Shown: piece after piece, positions 48,884-58,625 of the stretch
Numbering within the stretch: the stretch's first letter is position 1
Layout: each line of letters opens with the position of its first letter
NCBI GenBank assembly: GCA_963718525.1
Contig: OY970355.1
Location: forward strand, 1,120,001 to 1,184,000
DNA from: Candidatus Dormiibacterota bacterium
Lineage (GTDB): Bacteria > Chloroflexota > Dormibacteria > Aeolococcales > Aeolococcaceae
DNA length: 64,000 nt
Direction of reading: 5' to 3'
The notes under the pieces: generated by a model
Database searches by the model: none
What the model saw: the letters and a program-made list of their open reading frames with translations, nothing else
What the model was told of the DNA's origin: nothing
Translations under genes and position numbers: made by a program

Positions 48884-49968
48884 GGGCATGGTTCGCTCTC
48901 GTCAAGACAACCGTGCGAAGCAGCTTCCGAAACCGTGCCGCGCTGATCTTCACGCTGCTCATTCCGATCTTCCTCATGGTGCTGCTCGGCAACGTGCTCG
49001 GTGGTGGGAATGCGTCGGTGAACATCGGCGTTGTGAACCAGGCCTCCACCCCGTTGAGCACGGCATACGTGGCGACGCTCAAGAACGAGAAGAACCTGGT
49101 GGTCGAGCAGGGAAATGCTTCGAAAGAGTTGAATCGTCTCCAGCACGACAACGTGGTGGCTGTGATTGTGATCCCATCGACCTTCGGTGCCCAGTGTGCG
49201 ACCGGATCTTCGTGTCCAAGCCCCGCTGTGAGCCTTCACCTCGACAGCAACGACCCGTCGAATTCGCAAGTTGCCGCCGCGATCATCGCCGCCGTGACGA
49301 GTGGATTCGCCCAGACGGCCCACCTCGGTGGCTCATCCGGAATCACCCTCACCACCACCGAGGTCGGCACGCAGAACATCACGTCCATCGACTACTACCT
49401 GCCATCGATGATGGCCTACGTCGCAGTTCTCGCCGGGCTGACCTACGTCTCCATCACGATCGTCGATCAGCGTGAACGCAACGTCCTTCGCCGTTACCGG
49501 GCCACACCGCTCCACCCGCTGCAGGTGCTGGGAGCCGCCATGACCGGAGGTGCGGTCACGGTTGCTCTCGAGGTGGCAGCGCTCGCGCTTGTCGGCGTCT
49601 TCATCTTCGGCGCGCGTGGGCACGGCAGCTGGCTCCTTGCTGTGATCGCGCTCGTGGTCGGGATCGCCAGCTTCGTCAGCATGGGATTCCTGCTGACGTC
49701 ATTTGTCAGCACCAGTGATGCGGCCCGGGGGATCTCGACGCTGATCGGGTTTCCCATGCTGTTCCTCAGCGGCATCTTCTTCCCGGTCGATGCCCTGCCA
49801 CAGTGGATCCAGAGCATCGTCCACGTCCTCCCGGTCTACTACGTTTCCGACGCGCTGCATCAAATCCTCAACTCGGGCACCGGACTCCCGCTGCTCGACG
49901 TCGTGGTGCCACTCGCCTGGGCGGCGGGATGCTTTGCGCTCGCCACCTGGCGGTTCCGCTGGGAGTAG
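48880..49968 (+). CDS. ABC-2 type permease
   Basis: TM, extracellular domain, further TMs; FLSGIFFP, WRFRWE; ATGA overlap. Confidence 0.92.
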   Translation: MRAWFALVKTTVRSSFRNRAALIFTLLIPIFLMVLLGNVLGGGNASVNIGVVNQASTPLSTAYVATLKNEKNLVVEQGNASKELNRLQHDNVVAVIVIPSTFGAQCATGSSCPSPAVSLHLDSNDPSNSQVAAAIIAAVTSGFAQTAHLGGSSGITLTTTEVGTQNITSIDYYLPSMMAYVAVLAGLTYVSITIVDQRERNVLRRYRATPLHPLQVLGAAMTGGAVTVALEVAALALVGVFIFGARGHGSWLLAVIALVVGIASFVSMGFLLTSFVSTSDAARGISTLIGFPMLFLSGIFFPVDALPQWIQSIVHVLPVYYVSDALHQILNSGTGLPLLDVVVPLAWAAGCFALATWRFRWE

Positions 49969-49972
49969 CGGC

Positions 49973-50368
49973 TCAGGAGCAGGTGGTCGCCCGGTACGAG
50001 GCGTTGCCCAGGTCCGGTGCGGCCTTACCGGTCACGGTGATCGTCGAGGCGCGGGCAGGCGGTGCGCAGCCTCGAGGAAAGACGATGAACACGCTCCGTG
50101 CGCCCGCAGAGATGTAGCCGTCGCAACTCGTGCTGTTGCACTGATAGGGCTCGAAGCTTCCCGAGAGCGTTGTTGTCCCGTCCGGAGCCACTGACCTCAC
50201 CGGGTTGGCGAAGAGCCCCGTGAACCCGACGACGAAGAGGACAGCGATCACCAGCACGGCAAGCACCACCACGGGAACGCCCCAGACCGGCCGGCGCCGT
50301 AAACGCTCGGCGTGGTCCGTTGGGGACTGCACCAGTGCCTGCTCGGTGGTGCTCGGCGGATTCTCCAT
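49973..50368 (-). CDS. Hypothetical membrane-anchored protein
   Basis: Single TM then a small domain with four Cys. Confidence 0.55.
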   Translation of the reverse strand: MENPPSTTEQALVQSPTDHAERLRRRPVWGVPVVVLAVLVIAVLFVVGFTGLFANPVRSVAPDGTTTLSGSFEPYQCNSTSCDGYISAGARSVFIVFPRGCAPPARASTITVTGKAAPDLGNASYRATTCS

Positions 50369-50395
50369 TGCACTGGTACGGTACCGAAGTCCGCC

Positions 50396-51166
50396 ATGCG
50401 GCAGCCGATCGTCTTCGTCACCGACTTCGGGCGCGACGACGCGTACGCGGCGTCGCTGGTTGGCGCTGCCTGGCGCGTCGACCCGCACGCGATCTGCGTG
50501 GAGGGGACCCACGGCATTCCGCCGGGAGACGTGCTCGCCGGCGCCTACCAGCTCAAGGCGCTGGCGCGAGCGTTCAGCGGAGGTGCCGTCTTCTGTGCCG
50601 TCGTCGATCCGGGGGTGGGAACCGCGCGACGAGCGATTGCCGTCAAGGCGGGAAGGATCCGCTGTGTGGCGCCCGACAATGGACTGGTGTCGTACCTCTG
50701 GGACGAGGCGGCGGCGGACGACCGCCGGGCGGTGAGCATCGACGTCAACGCCGACGCCTCGCCGACCTTCCACGGTCGCGACGTGTTCGCCCCGTTCGCC
50801 GCCGAACTATCGTCGAACCAGCGGTTCGACGTCGCCGGCGACCTCATCGATGAGCCTGTCGTCCTCGCCGCAGCATTCGCACGGCGGGTCGGGAGCCGGA
50901 TCGCTGGGCGAGTTGCCGTGGTCGATCACTTTGGCAACGCGATCACGACCATCCGTGCCGCGGACATCGAAGGCGCCACCGTTCGCGCGGTGACATGGCC
51001 GGGAGGTCGCTCCTCGGGGTTGGTGTCGACATATGGCCACATCGACGCCGGCCCCGCCGCGGTGCTCGGGAGTGCGGGACATGTGGAGATCGCGGGCCGG
51101 GGTGTGGCCGCTGCCGCCATCGGCGGCCCCCGGCTGGGCGATGGAGTGGAGGTCGAACTCGCGTGA
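50396..51166 (+). CDS. SAM hydroxide adenosyltransferase (DUF62, chlorinase/fluorinase family)
   Basis: TDFG, VVDPGVGT.RR, PDNG, TFHGRDVFAP, DHFGN. Confidence 0.9.
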   Translation: MRQPIVFVTDFGRDDAYAASLVGAAWRVDPHAICVEGTHGIPPGDVLAGAYQLKALARAFSGGAVFCAVVDPGVGTARRAIAVKAGRIRCVAPDNGLVSYLWDEAAADDRRAVSIDVNADASPTFHGRDVFAPFAAELSSNQRFDVAGDLIDEPVVLAAAFARRVGSRIAGRVAVVDHFGNAITTIRAADIEGATVRAVTWPGGRSSGLVSTYGHIDAGPAAVLGSAGHVEIAGRGVAAAAIGGPRLGDGVEVELA

Positions 51167-51903
51167 CCGCACACCCCGACGGCGCTGGAGCGCTCGGTGA
51201 CCTCACCTCCGAGCAGGTGGCGCGGCTCGACGCCGCCGCCCTCGAGTGTGGCGTGGCCACGACGCAGCTCATGGAGATCGCCGGATGGCAGGTGGCGCGG
51301 TGCGCCTGGCACCGGCTTGGCCGCCCGAGGGGCGTGCGCGTTGTCGCCGGATATGGCAACAACGGAGGCGACGGCCTGGTGGCGGCGCGACATCTGTCGA
51401 CCTGGGGATGTGCGGTACGGGTGCTCGTCCTTGGCGATGACGCGCGCGTCATCGGCGTGGTGCGCGACCATGTCACCTCGGCGCGAAGGTGCGGTGTCGA
51501 CGTCACCGTGGACAACGATCCCGAGGCCGTGCGCGAACTCGTCGACAGCGGGGCTGAACTGGTCGTGGACGCGATCCTCGGCACCGGATTGCGGAGCGCG
51601 CCTCGCGAGCCTCAGGCCGGCGCGATCCGCGCACTCAACGAGTCTCGTCTCCCAGTCCTTGCCGTCGACGTCCCGAGCGGCCTGGACGCCACGACCGGTG
51701 AGGCATTCGACCCCACCATCGTCGCAGCCTTGACGTGCACGCTGACCGCGATGAAGCGGGGTCTGCGACAGGGCGACGGTGCCCGGCACGCGGGCGAAGT
51801 CTGGGTTGCGGACATCGGCATGCCCACCGGTGCCTGGCTCCGAGCCGGGCTCGAGCGACCAGCGCGTGTCACCGGCGGTGAGTTGGTGCACACTTCGTCC
51901 TGA
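51163..51903 (+). CDS. nnrE: NAD(P)H-hydrate epimerase (YjeF N-terminal domain)
   Basis: LMEIAG, GYGNNGGDG, DAILGTG, AVDVPSG, ADIG. Confidence 0.92.
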   Translation: MTAHPDGAGALGDLTSEQVARLDAAALECGVATTQLMEIAGWQVARCAWHRLGRPRGVRVVAGYGNNGGDGLVAARHLSTWGCAVRVLVLGDDARVIGVVRDHVTSARRCGVDVTVDNDPEAVRELVDSGAELVVDAILGTGLRSAPREPQAGAIRALNESRLPVLAVDVPSGLDATTGEAFDPTIVAALTCTLTAMKRGLRQGDGARHAGEVWVADIGMPTGAWLRAGLERPARVTGGELVHTSS

Positions 51904-51976
51904 TCTCCTAGTTGACCGCAGAGCGGACTCCCGGCTATTCTTCGACCGTACTCCGCGCCCCTCAAGCGCAAACGTC

Positions 51977-52498
51977 ATGATCAACGTCTCAGCACACATC
52001 GCTCCCGAGGCGCGCGAGCTTGCCGCAACCGCACGCGAGCAGCTCGACGATCTAGTCACGTATGCCACCCATCTGGTCAATCACCAGGCGGACGCCGTGG
52101 CATTCGTCGCCGGAGGCATCCACCACGCGAGCCGCTATCCGCCCGCGCGTCTGCGCGTCGACGGTCGGGCCGCGCTGTACCGGGCGGTCACCCGCGCGTG
52201 CAGGCACGGTCAGCGGTTCCCGCCACGGCCGCAGGGCTTCGGCAGGATGTTCCGCCGGGGCGCCGGATCGATTCGTGTGGAGGTCGATGACGTGAACGCC
52301 GGTCGCATCAATACCGTCAAGCGCGCCCTTGCGATGCTCGGGTTTGACCGGCGGGCAGCGCTCCTCCTTCGCGACCTGTGCGGTCTCGACTATCACGAGA
52401 TGTCTCGCGCCCTCGAGTGCTCGCCCGAGGCGGCGGCGCGGCTGGTCGCGGCGGCGCGCAGAGAGTTCGGCTCGATCTATCGAGAGATCGCGATATGA
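51977..52498 (+). CDS. ECF sigma-factor-like protein with degenerate region 2
   Basis: Region 4-like ALAMLGFDRRAALLLRDLCGLDYHEMSRALECS; ATGA overlap with the zf-HC2 gene. Confidence 0.65.
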   Translation: MINVSAHIAPEARELAATAREQLDDLVTYATHLVNHQADAVAFVAGGIHHASRYPPARLRVDGRAALYRAVTRACRHGQRFPPRPQGFGRMFRRGAGSIRVEVDDVNAGRINTVKRALAMLGFDRRAALLLRDLCGLDYHEMSRALECSPEAAARLVAAARREFGSIYREIAI

Positions 52499-54525
52499 GG
52501 TGCAGCCTCCTCGCGCTCAGCAGTTACATCGACGCCGAGCTCGACGCGGAGCCGACCGGCGAGCTCGAGGCACACCTGGTCGCTTGCGATCGCTGCCGGA
52601 CGGCAGTCGGTCACCTCCAGGAGGAATCGGCACGCATTGAGGGGCTCGCCCGAGTCCACGTACCCGATGACGCCGTCCGCGAACTGTTCAGTCAGATCGG
52701 TTTGATTGCGGAGGAGGACGACTTGCCCGAAGGACCTGTGCGTCGCGACCGTCCGGAATCAGTCGAGGCCCCTCCCTGGTTCGGCGCCGAGCGTGGGGCG
52801 GCATTGCCGTGGGCACCACGTCCGACCGCGCACGATCGTTCGAATCCGCGCGAGCTGGTCGGCGAGCGCACCCCCACCATCGCGATCGCCGAGCCGCCCG
52901 AGCTGTTCCTGTGGGACGAGGGCATCGATCAGATCGCTACCGCCGTCCCCGAGCCGCCGGCGGTGCATGTGCTGGCTGCGGAGGCCGAAGCCGAGCAGGC
53001 GCCTGAGGACGAGCCCGAAGCGCAGCCGGTTGTCGATGTGCGCGACGAGCCCATGGCCGAGGCGCCGACGCCGCTGATCGACACGCGTGACGAACCGGTG
53101 GCCACCAGGCCGGAGCCGGCCCACCACGTGCAGGCTTGGCCCGTCGCGATGGACCAGCCACCTCCGACGACCACGCCCGCACCCCAGCCGCCGGACCTGT
53201 CGACGTCGGCGCCGATGGTGGCGCCGCCACGGCTGGCAGCCGGATCAAATGCGCTCCAGCGGCTTCGCGACGCGGTTGCGGTGCGCTTCGCGCTGCGCCG
53301 GGGCGCGGGCTCACAACTCGATCCGGACGTCGAGATCGTGAGCGGCGTCGGCGCTCCCAGGTGGAACGAGCGCGCACATCGATCCCATTGGTCCGACAGC
53401 CCGCCGATTGTGGCTGCCGCAGCGCCTGCACTCGCTGAACCGTCGCCACCACCCGTGGTCAAACCGAGGCGTGCCAGCCGTTTCCTCGCTCGGCTCACCG
53501 CCGAGCCGGCGGTCGAGGCCCCTGCCACCGCCGTCGAGTCCGTCGAGCCTGATCTCCCAGCGAGCGACCCCCTACCCGAGACTGTCGCAGCCACGGCCGC
53601 GCCTGCGCTCGCAGACGTGCTCAGCGAGGTGGCGAGCCTCGCGGCGCCACTCGAGCGCATTCACACACCGGCACCGGCGGACACCCCGCCGGCGCACGTC
53701 GAGCGCGAACGCAGTCTCGACCGTTGGGCACCTGCACCCGACAGCGACCCGGCTGACTCGCCGGACGATGACCTGCAATTCGGCGTGCAAGCCGAACCCG
53801 CGTCCTCACCCGTCCCGGGACGGCATATGCGGCGTCTGCATTCGCAGAAATCGGACCGCCGGCAGTGGGCTCCGACCCAACCGGTGACCGGGCGTCATGT
53901 TCTGCCGCTTGGTGGACCCGCCGTGGGTGCCGCAGATCGTGACCGGCGCCTCTGGCTGTTCGGTGCGATCACCGTGGTGCTGATGCTTCTGGGTCTGCTC
54001 GTCGGCAGGCAGGTCACCCAGACGGGGCCGCTTGTCGCGTCCACCCTCCCGCGCTCCACCCCCGCGGTTCATGCCACGACGCCGACCGCCGCGCCGCTGC
54101 CCATTGCGACAGCAGCCCCGGCTCCGACCGCGGTGGTCCCGTCGGCGCCAACGCCCCAGCAGCTCACCGGAGCCAAGACGATCGGTTCAGGGAGCAGCGG
54201 GTTCTCAGTCGCCGACGTCCGATACGGCGAGCATCCCAATGACTTCCGGCTGGTCTTCGATATGGCGTTCCCCAGCACCGTCACCGGCAGCCCATCGACG
54301 GTGATCGGTTACGACGGACCCACCACCCTCTACGTCGAGTTCACCGGCGTGGCTGGAGCGACGAACATCGCGACAATGCCGCACGGTCAGGTGGTGACGT
54401 CGGTCGTGGCGCTGCTGATGGCCCGCAACACCAATCGTCTGATCTTCAAGATCACGCTGAGCAAGAACGCACCCTTCGACGCCTACTACCTCTCGGGCTC
54501 TCGGCTCGTCATCGACATCACCTAG
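52495..54525 (+). CDS. Large anti-sigma-like protein (zf-HC2, disordered linker, TM, AMIN-like domain)
   Basis: C...LSSYIDAEL...HLVACDRC; P/A/E-rich region; TM; DVRYGEH...RLVFD...RLVIDI. Confidence 0.75.
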   Translation: MRCSLLALSSYIDAELDAEPTGELEAHLVACDRCRTAVGHLQEESARIEGLARVHVPDDAVRELFSQIGLIAEEDDLPEGPVRRDRPESVEAPPWFGAERGAALPWAPRPTAHDRSNPRELVGERTPTIAIAEPPELFLWDEGIDQIATAVPEPPAVHVLAAEAEAEQAPEDEPEAQPVVDVRDEPMAEAPTPLIDTRDEPVATRPEPAHHVQAWPVAMDQPPPTTTPAPQPPDLSTSAPMVAPPRLAAGSNALQRLRDAVAVRFALRRGAGSQLDPDVEIVSGVGAPRWNERAHRSHWSDSPPIVAAAAPALAEPSPPPVVKPRRASRFLARLTAEPAVEAPATAVESVEPDLPASDPLPETVAATAAPALADVLSEVASLAAPLERIHTPAPADTPPAHVERERSLDRWAPAPDSDPADSPDDDLQFGVQAEPASSPVPGRHMRRLHSQKSDRRQWAPTQPVTGRHVLPLGGPAVGAADRDRRLWLFGAITVVLMLLGLLVGRQVTQTGPLVASTLPRSTPAVHATTPTAAPLPIATAAPAPTAVVPSAPTPQQLTGAKTIGSGSSGFSVADVRYGEHPNDFRLVFDMAFPSTVTGSPSTVIGYDGPTTLYVEFTGVAGATNIATMPHGQVVTSVVALLMARNTNRLIFKITLSKNAPFDAYYLSGSRLVIDIT

Positions 54526-54534
54526 CCCGCGCGG

Positions 54535-56109
54535 TCACCCCGCGGAGGTCGCGGCCCCCTCGGGCTGAGTGGATGACTTCGTCTCGACGACCGGCTGCCC
54601 GTGCGTCTCGCGAAGATCGAACTTGAGCACCTTGCCGGCGGGATTGCGGGGCAGCGCATCGATGAACACCACGGATTTGGGTTGCTTGTATCGGGCCAGC
54701 TTGTCGTACGTGAAGTCGATGACATCCTGCTCGGTGAGTGACACCCCGTCCTTCGGTACAACGATCGCGCGCACCGTCTCGCCCCAGCGCGGATGCTGCA
54801 CACCGATGACGGCGACCTCCTTGACGCCGGGGTGCTGATAGAGGGTGTCCTCGACCTCAGCCGGGTACACGTTCTCGCCGCCGGTGATGATCAGGTCCTT
54901 CTTGCGGTCGACGATGTAGAAGTAGCCGTCGGCATCACGTACACCGACGTCCCCGGTGTGGAACCAGCCGTCGACGAGCACCTCGGCAGTGGCGTCTGGA
55001 CGGTTCCAGTAGCCCTTCATCACGTTGGGACCACGGACGACGATCTCGCCGCGCTCGCCGTCGGGGACATCATGACCGTTGTCATCGACGATCTTGACGT
55101 CCGTGAAGAATGGTGCGATGCCTGCGGACCCGAGCTTTTCGGTTGCCATCGACGAGGGCAGGAACGACGCGAACGGCGATGTCTCCGTGAGCCCGTACCC
55201 CTGGTTGAAGGGGAGTCCGCGTGCCCCGTAAATCTTGATCAGCGCCTCGGGAACGGGCGCGCCTCCGCACGACAGCACACGGATGCTGGTCAGATCGCGC
55301 GTCGCGAAATCCGGATGCTGTGCCATGAAGAGATACATGGCCGGCACCCCGAACATCGACGTGATATGGAACTTCTCGATGTTCTCGAGCACCATACCGG
55401 GCTCAAACATCTGCTCCATCACGACCGTCGCCCCTTTGATCAGGGAGAGCAGTGGTGTGACGTTCAATCCGCCGATGTGAAACAGGGGCGCGACCACAAG
55501 TGAGATCTCCTGGGACGTCGCGTCGTCGGCGAGCATCGCGTTGATGTTGTTCCAGATGATGTTGCCGTGGGTGAGCATCGCGCCCTTCGGCCGGCCGGTG
55601 GTTCCCGATGTATACATGATCAGCGCGACATCGCTCATCGCCACCGGGTAGTCGAGATCGCCGTCGCGCTGATCGTGGACGAGCGAGTCGAAGCCGCGCG
55701 CACCGCTCTGGTCGACCGCGCAGACGTATTCACTCACGCCCAACTCCCCGCGGATCGAATCGACGATTGCGGTGAACGCCTCCTCATACACCAGGGTGTG
55801 CAGCCCCGCATCACGAATGATGAAGCTGAGCTCGGGACCCGTGAGCCGGAAGTTGAGCGGTACGAAGATGGCGTCGAGCTTCGCGGCGGCGAACAGCGTG
55901 AAGAAGAATCGAGGATGGTTGAGGCCGAGGAATCCGACACGATCGCCAGGGTTGACGCCGAGTTCGTGGAGACCGTGCGCCACCCTGTTGGTGAGCCGGT
56001 TGAGCTCGGCGTATGTCCACCGATCGTCTCGGAAGATGAGCGCGGTGCTGTCCGGGTTGAGCTGGGCCCGCCGGCTCAGCGTGAAGCCGAGACCCTGGTC
56101 ATTCGCCAT
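54535..56109 (-). CDS. Long-chain fatty-acid/acyl-CoA ligase
   Basis: YTSGTTGRPKG, GYGLTE, WFHTGD, DRKKD, GGENVYP, PRNPAGK. Confidence 0.95.
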   Translation of the reverse strand: MANDQGLGFTLSRRAQLNPDSTALIFRDDRWTYAELNRLTNRVAHGLHELGVNPGDRVGFLGLNHPRFFFTLFAAAKLDAIFVPLNFRLTGPELSFIIRDAGLHTLVYEEAFTAIVDSIRGELGVSEYVCAVDQSGARGFDSLVHDQRDGDLDYPVAMSDVALIMYTSGTTGRPKGAMLTHGNIIWNNINAMLADDATSQEISLVVAPLFHIGGLNVTPLLSLIKGATVVMEQMFEPGMVLENIEKFHITSMFGVPAMYLFMAQHPDFATRDLTSIRVLSCGGAPVPEALIKIYGARGLPFNQGYGLTETSPFASFLPSSMATEKLGSAGIAPFFTDVKIVDDNGHDVPDGERGEIVVRGPNVMKGYWNRPDATAEVLVDGWFHTGDVGVRDADGYFYIVDRKKDLIITGGENVYPAEVEDTLYQHPGVKEVAVIGVQHPRWGETVRAIVVPKDGVSLTEQDVIDFTYDKLARYKQPKSVVFIDALPRNPAGKVLKFDLRETHGQPVVETKSSTQPEGAATSAG

Positions 56110-56178
56110 CGCCGGGACCCTCCAAGTACCCACTTCGCCTCATCGCGATTCTGCCATTCGCAGCAGCGACGCGTTTCG

Positions 56179-56946
56179 CTAGACGGTCCAGCCACCGTCG
56201 ACGACGAGGACCGACCCCGTGACGAACGACGCCGCGTCGGACGCGAGGAACAGGGCTGCTCCCGCGATCTCATCGGGAACGGCGTGGCGGCCGAGTGCGG
56301 TCTGGGCGAGGATGTGATCATGGATCTCGGGGGTTTCCACGAGGTAGCGCGCGAGCTTTGTCTCGACAAGGCCCGGGGCAATTGCGTTGACCCGGACCGC
56401 GAGTGGCCCGAGCTCGCGTGACAGCGTCCGCGTCAGCGTGATGAGCGCTGCCTTGCTCATGTTGTACGCGCCCGTGAGCGCCTCGGGCCGTATCCCGGCA
56501 ACCGACGCCATGTTGATGACGCTGCCACCGTGATCGCGCATCCACGCGTGGACCGCGTGGCGGGTGAGCCGGATCGGACCCATGACGTTGACTTCCCAGA
56601 TCTTGTTGATCGCTCCCTCGTCCGCGTCGAGGATTGGTCCGTACTGCGGGTTGGTTGCCGCGTTGTTGACCAGGACGTCGACCCGCCCGGCCTGTCGCAT
56701 CACCTCAGCGACCACCGCCTCGCAGGTTGCGGCGTCGCCGACGTGCCCAGGCACGGCCAGTGCTCGACCGCCGGCGGCGACGAGCTGCGCAGCGGCGGCC
56801 TCGCAAGCCTCGGCGTGACGTGCGTTGACCGCCACCGTTGCCCCAGCCTCGGCAAGTGCCGTGGCTATGGCCAGGCCGATCCCACGGCTACCACCGGTCA
56901 CCAGTGCCACCCGGCCGTCGAGCGAGAACCGCTCCGCGACGCTCAC
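56179..56946 (-). CDS. Short-chain dehydrogenase (DHRS4-like)
   Basis: TGGSRGIG, NNAATNP, YNMSK, NAIAPG, DGG. Confidence 0.92.
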   Translation of the reverse strand: MSVAERFSLDGRVALVTGGSRGIGLAIATALAEAGATVAVNARHAEACEAAAAQLVAAGGRALAVPGHVGDAATCEAVVAEVMRQAGRVDVLVNNAATNPQYGPILDADEGAINKIWEVNVMGPIRLTRHAVHAWMRDHGGSVINMASVAGIRPEALTGAYNMSKAALITLTRTLSRELGPLAVRVNAIAPGLVETKLARYLVETPEIHDHILAQTALGRHAVPDEIAGAALFLASDAASFVTGSVLVVDGGWTV

Positions 56947-56964
56947 GTCAGTCCAGGCTGCAAG

Positions 56965-57618
56965 TCAGTTCAGGCTGGACGTGGCGGCGTGGTCCTTCGA
57001 GCGAACCAGCATGCGGTCGAGCAGGGCCGCCTCGCGCCGCAGCAGTCGCAGGCAGGCGGCGAGCCGTTCCGCCGTGCCGTCGATCTCGAGCAGGCGCTGG
57101 CGCTGAGCGGTCTCGACCTGCATCGCCGCGGCCACGAGATAGGAGAGCAGCTCCGGATCGGCAGGGAAGCCGAATTCGAACGCGTCCTCCTGCCCAATTC
57201 CGCGCAGCTGCCCGGCGTACCCGCGAAACGCTGCGGTCACCGCGGCCGCGAGGCGCTCGGTGTCATCGGCCGGAGCCGGGATGTCCTGGAGGTAGCGCAC
57301 CGACCCGACGAGGTACGGCCGTCGATGCGAGAAGGCGTCGATGTGGAAGCGAGACGCTCCGGTGACCACAAGGTTGTATCCGCCATCGTCGAGCTCTTCG
57401 ACCTCATCGAGCTGTGCCAGGGTGCCCACGTCGTAGGGGATGGCGCCGCCACCGGTCTCCTGGCCCGAGCGGATCGCGACGATGCCGAACGTCGTCGAGC
57501 CCCTTCGGCAGTCGCGCATCATCGTCTTGTAGCGGTCCTCGAAGATGTGCAGCGACATCGGCATGTGCGGGAAGAGCACCGTCCCGAGTGGAAACAGCGG
57601 GACTTCCACGGCCATCAC
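56965..57618 (-). CDS. LON peptidase substrate-binding domain protein
   Basis: PLFPL..VLFP...LHIFE.RY, G..RF, RQRLLE. Confidence 0.9.
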   Translation of the reverse strand: MMAVEVPLFPLGTVLFPHMPMSLHIFEDRYKTMMRDCRRGSTTFGIVAIRSGQETGGGAIPYDVGTLAQLDEVEELDDGGYNLVVTGASRFHIDAFSHRRPYLVGSVRYLQDIPAPADDTERLAAAVTAAFRGYAGQLRGIGQEDAFEFGFPADPELLSYLVAAAMQVETAQRQRLLEIDGTAERLAACLRLLRREAALLDRMLVRSKDHAATSSLN

Positions 57619-57648
57619 GAGCTGATCCGCGCTCGCATCAGCGCCGCA

Positions 57649-57846
57649 CTACGCGGCTTTGCAGTTCTTGGTGTGCTTGATGATCCGCTCGCGGCGTGGC
57701 TCTCCTGGACGGCGGCTGTGCCGGAAAGCGATCTCCACCCCGATCTCGTTCTGACGCATGAGGTTGTTGCAGATCGGGCAGCGGACGTGCGTGAGGATGT
57801 CGCGCTGAGACGCGACACCCTTGGATTCCTTGATCGTGTTTGCCAT
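57649..57846 (-). CDS. Small basic putative Zn-finger protein
   Basis: 65 aa, CPIC...HTKNC; SD AAGGAG upstream. Confidence 0.6.
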   Translation of the reverse strand: MANTIKESKGVASQRDILTHVRCPICNNLMRQNEIGVEIAFRHSRRPGEPRRERIIKHTKNCKAA

Positions 57847-57943
57847 GGCTACTGGGGCTCCTTGAGATATGGGCTACATTCGATTGTACGCGGCGTCGGG
57901 GTACGATTTGCCGCCGATGGCCCAGTATCTCGATAACCTCCGC

Positions 57944-58447
57944 ATGCGTCTCGCCGGCGCCATCGCCGTCGTGACGGCGCTGGTTGCGCTCAGCGGCTGC
58001 GGCACTCTGGTGACCGTCAGCAGTCAGATCACCCCGCCCCCGCCGACGTGCTCCACGCCACGGCCGGTCTCGGCCTCGGACTCCTTCGCCATCCAGGTGC
58101 CGCTCACGGCAGGCGCCTCAGGACTGCAGTACGCCGATCTCAGCCGTGGCTGCGGGGCGCTCGCCACGCCCACGTCGAACGTCAACGTCCAGTTCACGGT
58201 CTGGCTTTCCACTGGAAAGCTGGTCATCACCACGCGAGGCGCAAACCAGCCGACCAATGCGCTCCAGCTGGCCAGTGCGACCACGCTCCAGTTCTGGAGG
58301 GTGGGGGTCCCCGGGATGCGGGTCGGAGGGACGCGCCGGCTCGTCGTTCCGCCCGCGCTGGGGTTTGGAGCGAGCGGAAACTCGTCGGCGAACGTGCCCG
58401 CCAACGCCACCCTCGTGATCGACGTCGAGCTTGTGTCTCTGGCCTGA
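57944..58447 (+). CDS. FKBP-type peptidyl-prolyl isomerase, lipoprotein
   Basis: Lipobox LSGC; SGLQYAD, GMRVGGTRRLVVPPALGFG, VPANATLVIDVEL; alternative start 57917. Confidence 0.88.
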   Translation: MRLAGAIAVVTALVALSGCGTLVTVSSQITPPPPTCSTPRPVSASDSFAIQVPLTAGASGLQYADLSRGCGALATPTSNVNVQFTVWLSTGKLVITTRGANQPTNALQLASATTLQFWRVGVPGMRVGGTRRLVVPPALGFGASGNSSANVPANATLVIDVELVSLA

Positions 58448-58454
58448 AATCTCG

Positions 58455-58574
58455 CTAGGAGCGGGCGCGAGTCCAGAGGATGAACAGGCCCAGACACGCT
58501 CCAGCGGAGAGCAGCACGAACGCGACCGGGAGGCCGATCACCACCGAGAGGCCGGGAGCCGTCGTTGCGAACAT
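58455..58574 (-). CDS. 39-aa single-TM small protein
   Basis: Read by hand: MFATTAPGLSVVIGLPVAFVLLSAGACLGLFILWTRARS; TATGCT 8 nt upstream of the ATG. Confidence 0.5.
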   Translation of the reverse strand: MFATTAPGLSVVIGLPVAFVLLSAGACLGLFILWTRARS

Positions 58575-58625
58575 GCGGCGTAAGCATACCGCCACGACGA
58601 TCCATGCCCCTGACGCCGGGTCAGC

